Assembly (NCBI GenBank): GCA_003220855.1
Contig: QHTP01000038.1
Coordinates: forward strand, 1-44,700
DNA: 44,700 nucleotides
Direction: 5' to 3'
From: Gemmatimonadota bacterium
GTDB lineage: Bacteria; Gemmatimonadota; Gemmatimonadetes; Gemmatimonadales; GWC2-71-9
A model generated the notes under the pieces. The model was not told the origin of the DNA, did no database searches, and worked only from the letters and a program-made list of their open reading frames with translations. The translations under genes were made by a program, and so were the position numbers. Shown here in pieces: positions 24,502 through 33,447 of this stretch (the stretch's first letter is position 1; every line of letters begins with the position of its first letter).

Positions 24502-25958
24502 GCCGTCGCTTCGCAGTCGCTCCCTTCGCGTTGCTCGCCCTCGCCTGCCAGAAGGCGCAGACCGCACCGCTCTACGAGAAGGTCCCCGTCGAGCGCCGCG
24601 ACGTCGTCGTCACGGTGATCAGCCAGGGCCTGATCCGGCCGGTGCTCCTGTTCAGCGTGAAGTCGAAAGCCTGGGGCGAGATCATCAGCCAGCCGGTGGC
24701 GACCGGGGACGAAGTCAAAAAGGGACAGCTGCTCACCACCATCGACCCGCGCCTACCACAAAACAACCTGATCCAGGCGCAGGCCAGCGTCGAGAAGGCC
24801 CACGCGCAGCTCGACAACGCCAAGGCGCAGCTGACGCGGAGCGAGGCCCTGTTCAAGAGCGGGTCGCTCGCCGAGACCGACTACGAGCGGGCCAAGCTCG
24901 CCTTTGCCACGGCCAACGCGGCGGCCGTCGACGCCGAGGCGAATCTGCAGACCGCCAAGGACGCCATGGAGGACACGCACGTGCGGGCGCCCATCACCGG
25001 CACCGTGCTCGAGCTCGACGCCGTGCGCGGCACCGTGATCTCGAGCCCGACGCTGGGCGGCGGCACGGTCATTCTCAAGATGGCGAGCCTCGACAGCGTG
25101 CAAGATTCGGCGCTCGTCGCCGAGACGGATATCGCGCGGGTGCAGCCGGGGATGCCGGCCACCATCAACGTCGACGCCTATCCCAACCGGGCGTTCCAGG
25201 GCACCGTTTCGAAGGTGCTTCCGCAGGGACAAGTCGTACAGAACGTCACCATGTTCCCGGTGCTCATCGCCGTCCCCAACCCCGGCCACCTGCTCAGGCC
25301 GGGTATGAACACCGAGGTGAGGATCCCCACCGGACGGCGGCCGGGCGTGCTGGCCGTGCCCAATGCCGCGCTGCGGACGCCGCGCGACGTCGCCTCCGCA
25401 GCCGGCCTGCTGGGGCTCGATTCGCTCACCGTGGCGCAGCAGATCGCTGCCGGGCAGTCCGCGGACACCGGCGGGCGCACCGGGCGCGACACGGCCGCGG
25501 CCGGCGGGGGCGGCGGGGGCGGCGGCGCGCGGACGGTCACGCTGCCGAACGGGCAGACGGTCACTCTCCCACCCGGTGTGACGCCCCAGCAGGTCCAGGC
25601 GGCCCTCAAGCGGATGCGCAGCGGTGCCGAGCCCACGCCGGCCGACCGCGGGCTGCTCAGCAACGTGTTCGGCCGGGCGCCGAGACCAAAGCTCCGGCAG
25701 CAGCGGCAGACCCGAAACAACCAGAACTACGTCGTGTTCGCGCTGCGGGACGGCAAGGTCGTGGCTGCGCCCATCAAGACCGGGCTCACCGACCAGGATT
25801 ATGTCGAGGTGACGAGCGGGGTGACGGAGCGCGACACCGTGCTGGTGCTGCCGAGCGCCTCGCTGGTGCAGGCGCAGCAGCAGTTCCGCCAGCGGTTCCA
25901 GAACGTGACCGGCGGCGGGCTGCCCGGGCTGCGGCAGCAGAGCGGCGGGTCGAGGTGA
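24498..25958 (+). CDS. efflux periplasmic adaptor (membrane fusion protein, MacA/HlyD-type) lipoprotein, paralogue 1, with Gly-rich insertion
   Basis: GTGA overlap. Lipobox LALAC. Coiled-coil hairpin ([20 protein letters not shown]...[23 protein letters not shown]). Low-complexity insert ..[28 protein letters not shown].. Confidence 0.88.
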   Translation: MSRRFAVAPFALLALACQKAQTAPLYEKVPVERRDVVVTVISQGLIRPVLLFSVKSKAWGEIISQPVATGDEVKKGQLLTTIDPRLPQNNLIQAQASVEKAHAQLDNAKAQLTRSEALFKSGSLAETDYERAKLAFATANAAAVDAEANLQTAKDAMEDTHVRAPITGTVLELDAVRGTVISSPTLGGGTVILKMASLDSVQDSALVAETDIARVQPGMPATINVDAYPNRAFQGTVSKVLPQGQVVQNVTMFPVLIAVPNPGHLLRPGMNTEVRIPTGRRPGVLAVPNAALRTPRDVASAAGLLGLDSLTVAQQIAAGQSADTGGRTGRDTAAAGGGGGGGGARTVTLPNGQTVTLPPGVTPQQVQAALKRMRSGAEPTPADRGLLSNVFGRAPRPKLRQQRQTRNNQNYVVFALRDGKVVAAPIKTGLTDQDYVEVTSGVTERDTVLVLPSASLVQAQQQFRQRFQNVTGGGLPGLRQQSGGSR

Positions 25959-27184
25959 AGGCCGCCATGATTGCGCTGCTCGCGGGCCTCTCGGCCTGCG
26001 CCAAGGCGCAGCCAGCCCCGCCGTACCAGAAGATCCCCGTCGAGCACCGCGACATCGTGGTCTCGGCCACGGCCTCGGGCGTGATCCAACCGATTCTCAC
26101 GTTGAGCGTCAAGTCCAAGGCGTCGGGTGAGATCCTCGAGGAGCCGGTGCAGACCGGCGATGAGGTGAAGCAGGGTCAGCTGCTGGCCAGGATCGACCCG
26201 CGCATTCCGCAGAGCAACCTGACGCAGGCCGAGGCGAACCTCGGGGTGGCGCAGGCACAGCTCGAGACCGCAACAGCGCAGCTCAAGCGGAGCGAGGCCC
26301 TGTTCCAGAGCCAGTCGATCACGCAGGCGGGACTCGACTCCGCCCGGCTCGCCTCGGCTACGGCGCAGGCCGCGGTCGCCACGGCGCAGGCGAACCTCCA
26401 GACCGCCAAGGACGCCATGCAGGACACGCACGTCCGCGCGCCGATCAACGGCACCGTGCTCGAGCTGGACGCCGTGCTCGGCACGGTGATTTCGAGCCCC
26501 ACCAACGACGTGGGGGGCGGCACCGTCATCCTCAAGATGGCGAACCTCGACACGGTGCAGGTGTCGGCGCTGGTGGACGAAACAGACGTCGGCAAGGTGC
26601 AGCCGGGGGTGGCGGTGACAATCAGTGTCGATGCCTTCCCCCACCGCACCTTCGACGGCATCGTCCTCAAGATCGAACCGCAGGCGCAGGTGAGCCAGAA
26701 CGTGACGATGTTCCCGGTGGAAGTGAACATCCCCAACCCCGAGCACGTGCTCAAACCGGGGATGAACACCGAAGTCGAGATTCATATCGGGCAGCGCCAG
26801 GGCGTGCTCGCCGTGCCCAACGCCGCGTTGCGTACGCCCAAGGACGTCGCGTCCGCGGCGAGCGTGCTCGGGCTCGATTCGCTGGCGGTCGCACGGCAGC
26901 TCGCGGCGCCGGCGGACGCGCCGCGCGCGAGCGCCGACACGACGCGGGACGGCGGTAAGCTGCACGCCGCCGAGGTGCGGCGGAGCGGCGGGCGGCACAC
27001 CGTTTCGGCACCCCCGCCGGCCGCGACGCCCGGTCCCGGCTACATCGTGTTCGCCCTGCGGGGCGGCAAGATCGTGCCCGTGTCGATCGCCACCGGGCTC
27101 ACCGATCAGGATTACATCGAGGTGACGGGGGGCCTGGCGGAGAAGGATACGGTGCTCGTGCTCACGGGCGCAGGGGCGCGCTAG
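25955..27184 (+). CDS. efflux periplasmic adaptor (membrane fusion protein) lipoprotein, paralogue 2
   Basis: GTGA overlap. Lipobox GLSAC. Collinear with paralogue 1 (e.g. [72 protein letters not shown]). Confidence 0.88.
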   Translation: MKAAMIALLAGLSACAKAQPAPPYQKIPVEHRDIVVSATASGVIQPILTLSVKSKASGEILEEPVQTGDEVKQGQLLARIDPRIPQSNLTQAEANLGVAQAQLETATAQLKRSEALFQSQSITQAGLDSARLASATAQAAVATAQANLQTAKDAMQDTHVRAPINGTVLELDAVLGTVISSPTNDVGGGTVILKMANLDTVQVSALVDETDVGKVQPGVAVTISVDAFPHRTFDGIVLKIEPQAQVSQNVTMFPVEVNIPNPEHVLKPGMNTEVEIHIGQRQGVLAVPNAALRTPKDVASAASVLGLDSLAVARQLAAPADAPRASADTTRDGGKLHAAEVRRSGGRHTVSAPPPAATPGPGYIVFALRGGKIVPVSIATGLTDQDYIEVTGGLAEKDTVLVLTGAGAR

Positions 27185-27186
27185 CG

Positions 27187-28401
27187 ATGCTCCTGGGCGA
27201 GATCGTCATGGTGGCGCTCGAGGCGCTGCGGGCGAACAAGCTCCGCTCGCTGCTCACTATGCTGGGCATCATCATCGGCGTGGGCGCGGTGATCACGATG
27301 ATCGCGCTCGGCTCGGGGGCGCAGAAGTCCGTCCAGGACCGCATCCAGGCGCTCGGGCCCACGCTGTTGAGCGTGTATCCGGGCCAGAGCTTCATGCGCG
27401 GCGTCGCCAGCGGTAACCGTGTGAGCCTCACCATGGACGACGACACGGCGCTCGCGAACAACGCGCGCTACGTGAGCGCGGTCGTGCCCGAGCTGAGCAA
27501 CAACCTCCAGGTGCAAAAGGGCGACCAGAACATCAACGTGAACGTCGTCGGCACCACGCCGAACTACGTCACCGTCCACAATTACTCGATCACGGCGGGC
27601 CGCATGTTCACCGCGGGCGACGATGCGGCGCGGCGGCGGGTGGCGGTGATCGGCAGCGCCGTCCCGACGCTGCTCAATTCCAACCGCGACGCAATGATCG
27701 GGCAGCAGCTCCTGATCCGCGGCATCACCTTCGAGATCGTCGGCGCCTTGTCCGAAAAGGGCTCGCAGGGCTCGTTCTTCAACCCCGACGAGCAGATCCT
27801 CATCCCGCTGCAGACGGCCCGCTACCGCGTCATCGGGACCGACCGGTTGCGCTCGATCACGGTACAGGCGAACGATCTCGAGTCGATGAACCTCGCCATG
27901 ATCGAGATCGAGCGCGTGCTCCGGCGCCAGCACAAGATCCGGCCAGGCCAGGACGACGACTTCCAGATCCGCAACCAGACCGACATCCTCGCGACGCTGC
28001 AGCAGACCACGGATACGTTCAAGTACCTCCTCGCGGGGATCGCGGCGGTGAGCCTGCTCGTCGGGGGCATCGGCATCATGAACATCATGCTCGTGTCGGT
28101 CACCGAGCGCACCCGCGAGATCGGGGTCCGCAAGGCGTTGGGCGCCACGCGGTTCAACATCATGTTCCAGTTCCTGGTCGAGGCGCTGGTGTTGTGTCTC
28201 TTGGGCGGTCTGATCGGCGTGGTGCTGGGCTCGGGCGGCGCCATCGTGCTGTCGCGGATCGCACACTGGAATACGCTGATTTCCCCGCTCGCCATCCTCC
28301 TCGCCTTCGTGTTCAGCGCCGCGGTGGGGTTGTTCTTCGGCATCTGGCCGGCCCGCCGGGCGGCGAGCCTCGATCCGATCATCGCGTTGAGATACGAATA
28401 G
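27187..28401 (+). CDS. ABC transporter permease, MacB/FtsX-type (4 TM + periplasmic domain)
   Basis: Starts ALRANKLRSLLTMLGIIIGVGAVI, then a large periplasmic segment, then FtsX-like C-terminal TMs with VTERTREIGVRKALGA. Confidence 0.9.
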   Translation: MLLGEIVMVALEALRANKLRSLLTMLGIIIGVGAVITMIALGSGAQKSVQDRIQALGPTLLSVYPGQSFMRGVASGNRVSLTMDDDTALANNARYVSAVVPELSNNLQVQKGDQNINVNVVGTTPNYVTVHNYSITAGRMFTAGDDAARRRVAVIGSAVPTLLNSNRDAMIGQQLLIRGITFEIVGALSEKGSQGSFFNPDEQILIPLQTARYRVIGTDRLRSITVQANDLESMNLAMIEIERVLRRQHKIRPGQDDDFQIRNQTDILATLQQTTDTFKYLLAGIAAVSLLVGGIGIMNIMLVSVTERTREIGVRKALGATRFNIMFQFLVEALVLCLLGGLIGVVLGSGGAIVLSRIAHWNTLISPLAILLAFVFSAAVGLFFGIWPARRAASLDPIIALRYE

Positions 28402-28404
28402 CAT

Positions 28405-28510
28405 GCGGAACTCGGAACGCGGAGCGCGGAACAGCACGACGCGCTGACGATTCGTAGGTCGGGCCCCGACGTCGGCCCGCCTGTTCCGCGTTCCGCATTC
28501 CGCGTTCCGA
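28405..28510. repeat. hairpin element made of inverted 7-bp repeat arrays (GCGGAAC-type x4 / 46-nt centre / GTTCCGC-type x4)
   Basis: Left arm 28405..28434 is gcggaac tcggaac gcggagc gcggaac ag. Right arm 28481..28510 is ct gttccgc gttccgc attccgc gttccga. By my count 26 of 30 positions are complementary. The centre holds the near-palindrome GTCGGGCCCCGAC (28458..28470). Followed by cttgtatcttttcc. Confidence 0.8.
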
Positions 28511-28514
28511 CTTG

Positions 28515-28520
28515 TATCTT
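28515..28520 (+). promoter_or_regulatory. -10-like TATCTT box, 7 nt upstream of ATG 28528
   Basis: tgTATCTTttccgacATG. TANNNT pattern with no Shine-Dalgarno. Confidence 0.25.
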
Positions 28521-28527
28521 TTCCGAC

Positions 28528-30825
28528 ATGCTCGTTCTCCTCCTTGTGCTCCAGGGCGTCGCCACCGATTCCGGTCCCGTCTACAATGGCCTGGCGAAGC
28601 AGCTCGACGCGCGCATCCCGCGCTTCGAGGTCGAGGCGAAGATCGACGGCGTGTTGGACGAGCCGGTGTGGCGCCGGGCTGCCCGCCTCACGGGATTCTC
28701 GGAGTACCGTCCGGTGGACGGGCGCCCCGCGGAGGACTCGACCGAGGTGCTGGTCTGGTACGCGCCCGACGCGATCTACTTCGGCATCCGCGCGTTCGAG
28801 CGGCACGGCAAGGTGGTGCGCGCCACGCTCGCCGACCGCGATAACATCGACGCGGACGACCACGTCGCCATCCTGCTCGATACCTACCTCGACCACCGCC
28901 GCGCCACGATGTTCGCCGTGAATCCTTTGGGTGTGCAGGAGGACGGCGTGTGGAGCGACGGCGTCGCCGCCGGCGCCGCCGGGGGCCCGAGCGCGGGCGG
29001 CAGGTTCGACGCGACCATCGACTTGAACCCGGACTATGTCTACGAATCGCGCGGTCGCGTGACCGACCGGGGCTACGAGGTGGAGGTGCGGATTCCCTTC
29101 AAGAGCCTGCGCTACCAGAGCGCCGATCCCCAGGATTGGGGCATCCAGGTGCTGCGCTCGGTGCAGCACTCGGGCTACGAGGAAACCTGGACCCCCGCGG
29201 TCCGCGCCAACGCGAGCTTTCTCATTCAGTCGGGCCGCCTGGTCGGCCTCGGGGCGCTGCGGCGGGGCCTGGTGCTCGACCTCACGCCCGAGTTCACCAC
29301 CAAGGTGGACGGGGCGCCGACCACGCCGGGCTACGACTATCGCGGCACGCCCGAAGTCGCGGGCAACCTGCGCTGGGGCGTCACACAGAACCTCGGGGCG
29401 ACCGCGACGGCCAACCCGGACTTTTCGCAGGTCGAGGCCGACGTCGGCCAGGTGACGCTGAACCAGCGGTTCGCCCTGTTCTACCCGGAGAAGCGACCCT
29501 TCTTCCTCGAGGGCCTCGAGCAGTTCGACACGCCCAACAGCCTGATTTACACGCGCCGCATCGTGCAGCCCGTGTTCGGCGCCAAGCTCGCCGGCAAGGT
29601 CGGCGGCACCGGAATCGCCTACCTCGGCGCCGTCGACAACAGCGACCAGTCGGCCACGGGCGCGCACCCGATCTACAACATGCTGCGCCTGCGGCGCGAC
29701 CTGGGACCGACGTCCACGCTGGGCGTGGCCTACACCGACCGCACCGACGGCGATGACTACAACCGCGTACTGGGCATCGACGCCCACGTCGTGTGGCGTA
29801 AGATCTGGTTCTCGGAAGTGCAGGTCGCGAGCTCGTGGACTCGTGACCCGGGCGCCGGCCACGCGGGCAAGCTGTGGACCGTCACCTTCGGCGACCGCAC
29901 CGGTCGCGCGTACGGCAACCACTTCGAGCTGCTCGGCATCGAGCGGAGCTTCCAGGACACGAGCGGGTTCGTGAATCGCACCGACGTCGTTGTCGGCCGG
30001 ACCTACAACCGCTTCAGCTGGTACGGCCGCCCGGGAGCGCTGGTCGAGCAGTTCACCGCCATCGTCGGATTCGCCCCCATCTGGCGCTACGCGGACTTCG
30101 GCCGCTTGCACCGCACGATCGAAGACACGCTGCAGAGCTTCTTCGTGGCGAACCTGCGCGGCGGGTGGCAGGCGCAGGTCACGCTCACCCTCGACCACTT
30201 CGGCTTCGATGCCGCGGACTACGCGGGCTACATGGTCGGCGCCGTTCCCTTCGCCGTCCCGCACGACCTGTATCACCTCCCCGGCGCGGCGTTCATCGTG
30301 AGCACACCGAACCGGGCCGTGTCGGGCAGCGTGGTGGTGGGTTATTCGGCGGCGGCCATCTTTCCCGAGGCATCCGAAGGGCGCCAGGTCGCCGTGACCA
30401 CCGTCGCCGCCCTGCGCCCGACGCCCGCGCTCCGGCTCGAGGCACGCTGGGTGCACCAGCGCCTCACCCGCGCGCGCGACGGCAGCCGCTTTCTGACGGC
30501 GAACATCCCGCGGCTGAAGCTCGAGTACCAGCTCACGCGCGCCATTTTCGTGCGCTACATCGGCCAGTACTTCGCGGAGGATCAGGTCGCGCTCGTCGAC
30601 CCGCATACGGGGCAGCCGCTGCTCGTGAACGGCAGTGCGGCGCCACCGGTGGTCACGAACGATTTCCGCAACGACGTCCTGTTTTCCTACAAGCCGACGC
30701 CGGGCACGGTGGTCTTTCTCGGCTACGGCGCGTCGCTCACCGAGGCGGACGCGTTCCGGTTCCGCGACCTGAGCCGCACCGGGGACGGGTTCTTCCTCAA
30801 GCTGAGTTATCTGTTCCGGATGTAG
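28528..30825 (+). CDS. CBM9-like / DUF5916 domain-containing (predicted outer-membrane) protein
   Basis: Reads IPRFEVEAKIDGVLDEPVWRRAARLTGFSEYRPVDGRPAEDSTEVLVWYAPDAIYFGIRAF...DDHVAILLDTYLDHRRATMFAVNPLGVQEDG, then a long beta-rich C-terminal region ending FFLKLSYLFRM. Confidence 0.75.
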   Translation: MLVLLLVLQGVATDSGPVYNGLAKQLDARIPRFEVEAKIDGVLDEPVWRRAARLTGFSEYRPVDGRPAEDSTEVLVWYAPDAIYFGIRAFERHGKVVRATLADRDNIDADDHVAILLDTYLDHRRATMFAVNPLGVQEDGVWSDGVAAGAAGGPSAGGRFDATIDLNPDYVYESRGRVTDRGYEVEVRIPFKSLRYQSADPQDWGIQVLRSVQHSGYEETWTPAVRANASFLIQSGRLVGLGALRRGLVLDLTPEFTTKVDGAPTTPGYDYRGTPEVAGNLRWGVTQNLGATATANPDFSQVEADVGQVTLNQRFALFYPEKRPFFLEGLEQFDTPNSLIYTRRIVQPVFGAKLAGKVGGTGIAYLGAVDNSDQSATGAHPIYNMLRLRRDLGPTSTLGVAYTDRTDGDDYNRVLGIDAHVVWRKIWFSEVQVASSWTRDPGAGHAGKLWTVTFGDRTGRAYGNHFELLGIERSFQDTSGFVNRTDVVVGRTYNRFSWYGRPGALVEQFTAIVGFAPIWRYADFGRLHRTIEDTLQSFFVANLRGGWQAQVTLTLDHFGFDAADYAGYMVGAVPFAVPHDLYHLPGAAFIVSTPNRAVSGSVVVGYSAAAIFPEASEGRQVAVTTVAALRPTPALRLEARWVHQRLTRARDGSRFLTANIPRLKLEYQLTRAIFVRYIGQYFAEDQVALVDPHTGQPLLVNGSAAPPVVTNDFRNDVLFSYKPTPGTVVFLGYGASLTEADAFRFRDLSRTGDGFFLKLSYLFRM

Positions 30826-30828
30826 ATT
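30823..30828 (+). promoter_or_regulatory. -10-like TAGATT box, 6 nt upstream of ATG 30835; its TAG is the stop of the DUF5916 gene
   Basis: atgTAGATTcccgccATGtcc. Confidence 0.35.
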
Positions 30829-30834
30829 CCCGCC

Positions 30835-32475
30835 ATGTCCGACGCGGCCGATTTCGCCCAGCAGCTCGCCGCCGAAGACCGCACCAAGCAACGCCAGTAC
30901 GTCCTGTCGAGCACGCGGGGGCGCTGGAGGGTGCTCGGTCTCGGCGTCGTGCTGCTCACCGCCATCCGGCTCGCCGGCCTGGTGCCCCTCGCCTGGTCGT
31001 TCGTTCTCGGATTCACCGTCGTGTTCGCCGCGGTCAACTATGCGATGACCCGCGTCGCGCGATCCGCCGAGCTCCCCCCGTGGTTCGCGCACGCCACCAT
31101 CGCCGTGGGCGCCGCCATGATCTCCGCGGTCGTCTACGCCGTCGGACCGACGGGGCATCTCCTGTACGTGGTGTATCTGATCGCCCCGCTCCAGGCCGCG
31201 CTCTCCCTGGGCCGGAACGAAGCCTGGCAGGCCCTGGTGCTCAACCTGACGGGCTTCGCGCTCGTCACGGCCGTCCGCACGAGCCAAGGCGCCCCAGGCT
31301 GGTCGTGGAGCGCGTCTCTGCAGGAGACGCTGGTTCTGGTCGTCACGAGCGCGGCGCTCGTGCCCTTGCTCTCGCGCATCGTCGCGCGGCTGCGCGCCAC
31401 CCGCACCACGTTCGCCCGGCTCGAGACGGGCGATCTGACGGCGCGGGCGCCGGACGACGCTCCCGACGAGCTCGGGTACCTCGGCGTGAGCGTGAACCGG
31501 ACCACCGACGGGATCGCCGCCATCGTGCGGCAGGTGCAGCGCCAGGGTCAGGAGCTGGCCGCCATGGCGCAGCAGCTGTCGGCGTCGGCCCGTGAGCTGC
31601 AGGCCGCTTCGCAGGGAATCTCGACGACCACGCAGGGCCTCACGCGCGGTGCCGAGCGGCAGCGCGAGCTGATTGGACACGGGCGGGCCGACTCCGAGGC
31701 CGCCGCCGCCGTGGCCTCGCAGCTGCATGCCCGCGCCCAGGACGCGGAGCGTCAGATCGCGGGCGTCGCACAGCAGGCGCGCCGCCACGGTCAGGAGATC
31801 GCCCGGGCGAGCGAGCTGCTCGTCACTCTTGTGGATCACCTCGACCAGGTGTCGCGCGCCGCCGCCACGCTCGAGCTGGGCTCGCGCGAGATCGGCAAGC
31901 TGGTGGATGCGATCACCCGGATCGCGAGCCAGACCGATCTGCTAGCCCTGAACGCGGCGATCGAAGCGGCGCGGGCCGGCCAGCATGGGCTGGGCTTCCG
32001 CGTGGTGGCCGATGAGGTGCGCAAGCTCGCCGAGCAGAGCGCCCGCTCCGCGGACGAGGTCCGCTCGCGCGTCCGCCACACGCAGGACCAGATCACCCAG
32101 CTACTCGGCGCCATGGAGGAAGGCCGCCGTACGGCGCAGGGCGTCGGCGCCGTGTCCGCGGCCGTCCGCCAGGCGCTGGACGCCATCTTCGGCGATTTGA
32201 ACGCCACGGTCCAGTTCGCCGCCGTCCTGGCGGGCGAGACCGAAGGCCAAACGGGCCGGATCCGCGAGGTGGCGCGGCGCATGGAGGAGGTCGCCGGCAT
32301 CGCCGAGACGGCGGCGCAGGGGGCGGTCCAGACTTCGGCGGCGACCCAGCAGCAGCTCGCGTCGCTCGGCGAGCTCACCACGACGTCGCAGGAGCTCGCC
32401 GTCGCCGCCGCGAAACTGACCGCTACGATTCAGCGGTTCAACGTGAACGGCGCGAGCCTACCAGCCTCGGAATAG
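30835..32475 (+). CDS. methyl-accepting chemotaxis protein with multi-TM N-terminal module, HAMP and MCP signalling domain
   Basis: ~5 hydrophobic helices in residues ~30-180, HAMP-like [26 protein letters not shown], and the signalling hairpin [40 protein letters not shown]. Confidence 0.88.
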   Translation: MSDAADFAQQLAAEDRTKQRQYVLSSTRGRWRVLGLGVVLLTAIRLAGLVPLAWSFVLGFTVVFAAVNYAMTRVARSAELPPWFAHATIAVGAAMISAVVYAVGPTGHLLYVVYLIAPLQAALSLGRNEAWQALVLNLTGFALVTAVRTSQGAPGWSWSASLQETLVLVVTSAALVPLLSRIVARLRATRTTFARLETGDLTARAPDDAPDELGYLGVSVNRTTDGIAAIVRQVQRQGQELAAMAQQLSASARELQAASQGISTTTQGLTRGAERQRELIGHGRADSEAAAAVASQLHARAQDAERQIAGVAQQARRHGQEIARASELLVTLVDHLDQVSRAAATLELGSREIGKLVDAITRIASQTDLLALNAAIEAARAGQHGLGFRVVADEVRKLAEQSARSADEVRSRVRHTQDQITQLLGAMEEGRRTAQGVGAVSAAVRQALDAIFGDLNATVQFAAVLAGETEGQTGRIREVARRMEEVAGIAETAAQGAVQTSAATQQQLASLGELTTTSQELAVAAAKLTATIQRFNVNGASLPASE

Positions 32476-33447
32476 CGACGCGTCCCCGAAGTCCCACAAC
32501 ACGAACGCGATCAGCCGTGGGTGGCGCGGCTCGGGGCCAACGGCCGGGAGCTCGGCGCCACACGAGCCCGCCACGTGTCCGAGCCGCGAGAGCCGGATCC
32601 ACACCTGCGGGTAGAACGACAACGCGCGCTCGCCTGTGGTCGGTACGGTCCAGCCGGCCTCGAGCATGGGCACGAAGCGGCCGAGCTCGTGCCCGACCCC
32701 GAGCCGATACGACATCCCGCTGAATCCATCCGACTCTTCCCACGTGCTGACGACTTCTCCCTGCACCACGAGCGCGCGGCGGGGATGGGCGCCGAACGCG
32801 AGGAACGGCTCCACCTCCCACACGTCCTGGCGTCCCAGAGGCGGCGTGGCCTCGAGCCCGAGGCTCACGAGCGCGCGCCGCTCGAGACTGTTCCACACGT
32901 TGTACTTGAGCGCGCCGGTCACGCCATCGAACGCCTGCGCCTGCCCGTCGAGCGCCGTGCGCGCGCTGGCCTCGAACTGGAACCGCTTGCCCAGGCGGTG
33001 CTCGTAGATGTACTCCTGGCCGCGGGCCTGATCGGTGATGACGACTTCGTCTTCCGGGTAGGCCTTTTCCGCGAGGAACGCCCGCGGGAAGTTCAGCTCC
33101 CCCGGCGGCCAGCCCTGCTCGCCGCACAACGAGCGCGCGTAGCGCACGACGGCACGGATCTGGGCGGGCGTTCCGGCTTCCCCAAAGGCCGGCATGTCGA
33201 GCGACAGCCCGAATGCCGCGCCCCCCTGGGTGACGATCCTCACCCAGCGATCTTCGGTCTCGGCCGTCGAGCCCTTGCACTCGTGCAGGTCCGCGGGCGG
33301 CACTTCGAGCCGGGTGCTCGCCGCGGGCGTGCCGCGGCCGTCCGCGCCGTGACACGACTTGCACCACGATGCGAACAGTGCGGCACCGGAGTCTGGGGGG
33401 GGACCCTGCACCGCGACCGTCAGCGCGAGCGCCAGGCCGGCGAGCAT
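32458..33447 (-). CDS. c-type cytochrome domain fused to a beta-barrel-like (outer-membrane-type) domain
   Basis: Starts [15 protein letters not shown] (signal) at ATG 33447 and has haem motif CKSCH plus a distal DMPAF. The C-terminal ~230 aa show alternating beta-strand pattern ending ..[13 protein letters not shown] (aromatic terminus). TAATG 1-nt overlap with the upstream gene. Confidence 0.7.
   Translation of the reverse strand: MLAGLALALTVAVQGPPPDSGAALFASWCKSCHGADGRGTPAASTRLEVPPADLHECKGSTAETEDRWVRIVTQGGAAFGLSLDMPAFGEAGTPAQIRAVVRYARSLCGEQGWPPGELNFPRAFLAEKAYPEDEVVITDQARGQEYIYEHRLGKRFQFEASARTALDGQAQAFDGVTGALKYNVWNSLERRALVSLGLEATPPLGRQDVWEVEPFLAFGAHPRRALVVQGEVVSTWEESDGFSGMSYRLGVGHELGRFVPMLEAGWTVPTTGERALSFYPQVWIRLSRLGHVAGSCGAELPAVGPEPRHPRLIAFVLWDFGDASLFRGW

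Noticed and set aside
5815-28510. Heptad arrays as stacked ECF-sigma promoters (each unit contains GGAAC, the common ECF -35 core)
   Set aside because: I looked for GGAAC-N16/17-CGT(C/T) spacing downstream of the + strand GGAAC copies and found no convincing -10 partner. At 28428 the next CGT is 20 nt away, and at 5865 none is at the right distance. In the 28405 element the arm nearest the downstream gene is in the wrong orientation. Kept only as a remote possibility to test.
5007-28510. CRISPR array candidates (12-mer array at 5007, heptad arrays at 5815 and 28405)
   Set aside because: The units are 7-12 bp and directly abutting, without unique spacers, and no cas genes are present. Not CRISPR.
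27181-31839. 1552-aa minus-strand ORF spanning the MacB permease, DUF5916 and MCP genes
   Set aside because: It is antisense to three + strand genes with clear family motifs. The translation is R/G/D/H/A-rich and low in complexity, with no recognisable domain. This is a typical stop-poor shadow frame in ~70% GC DNA.
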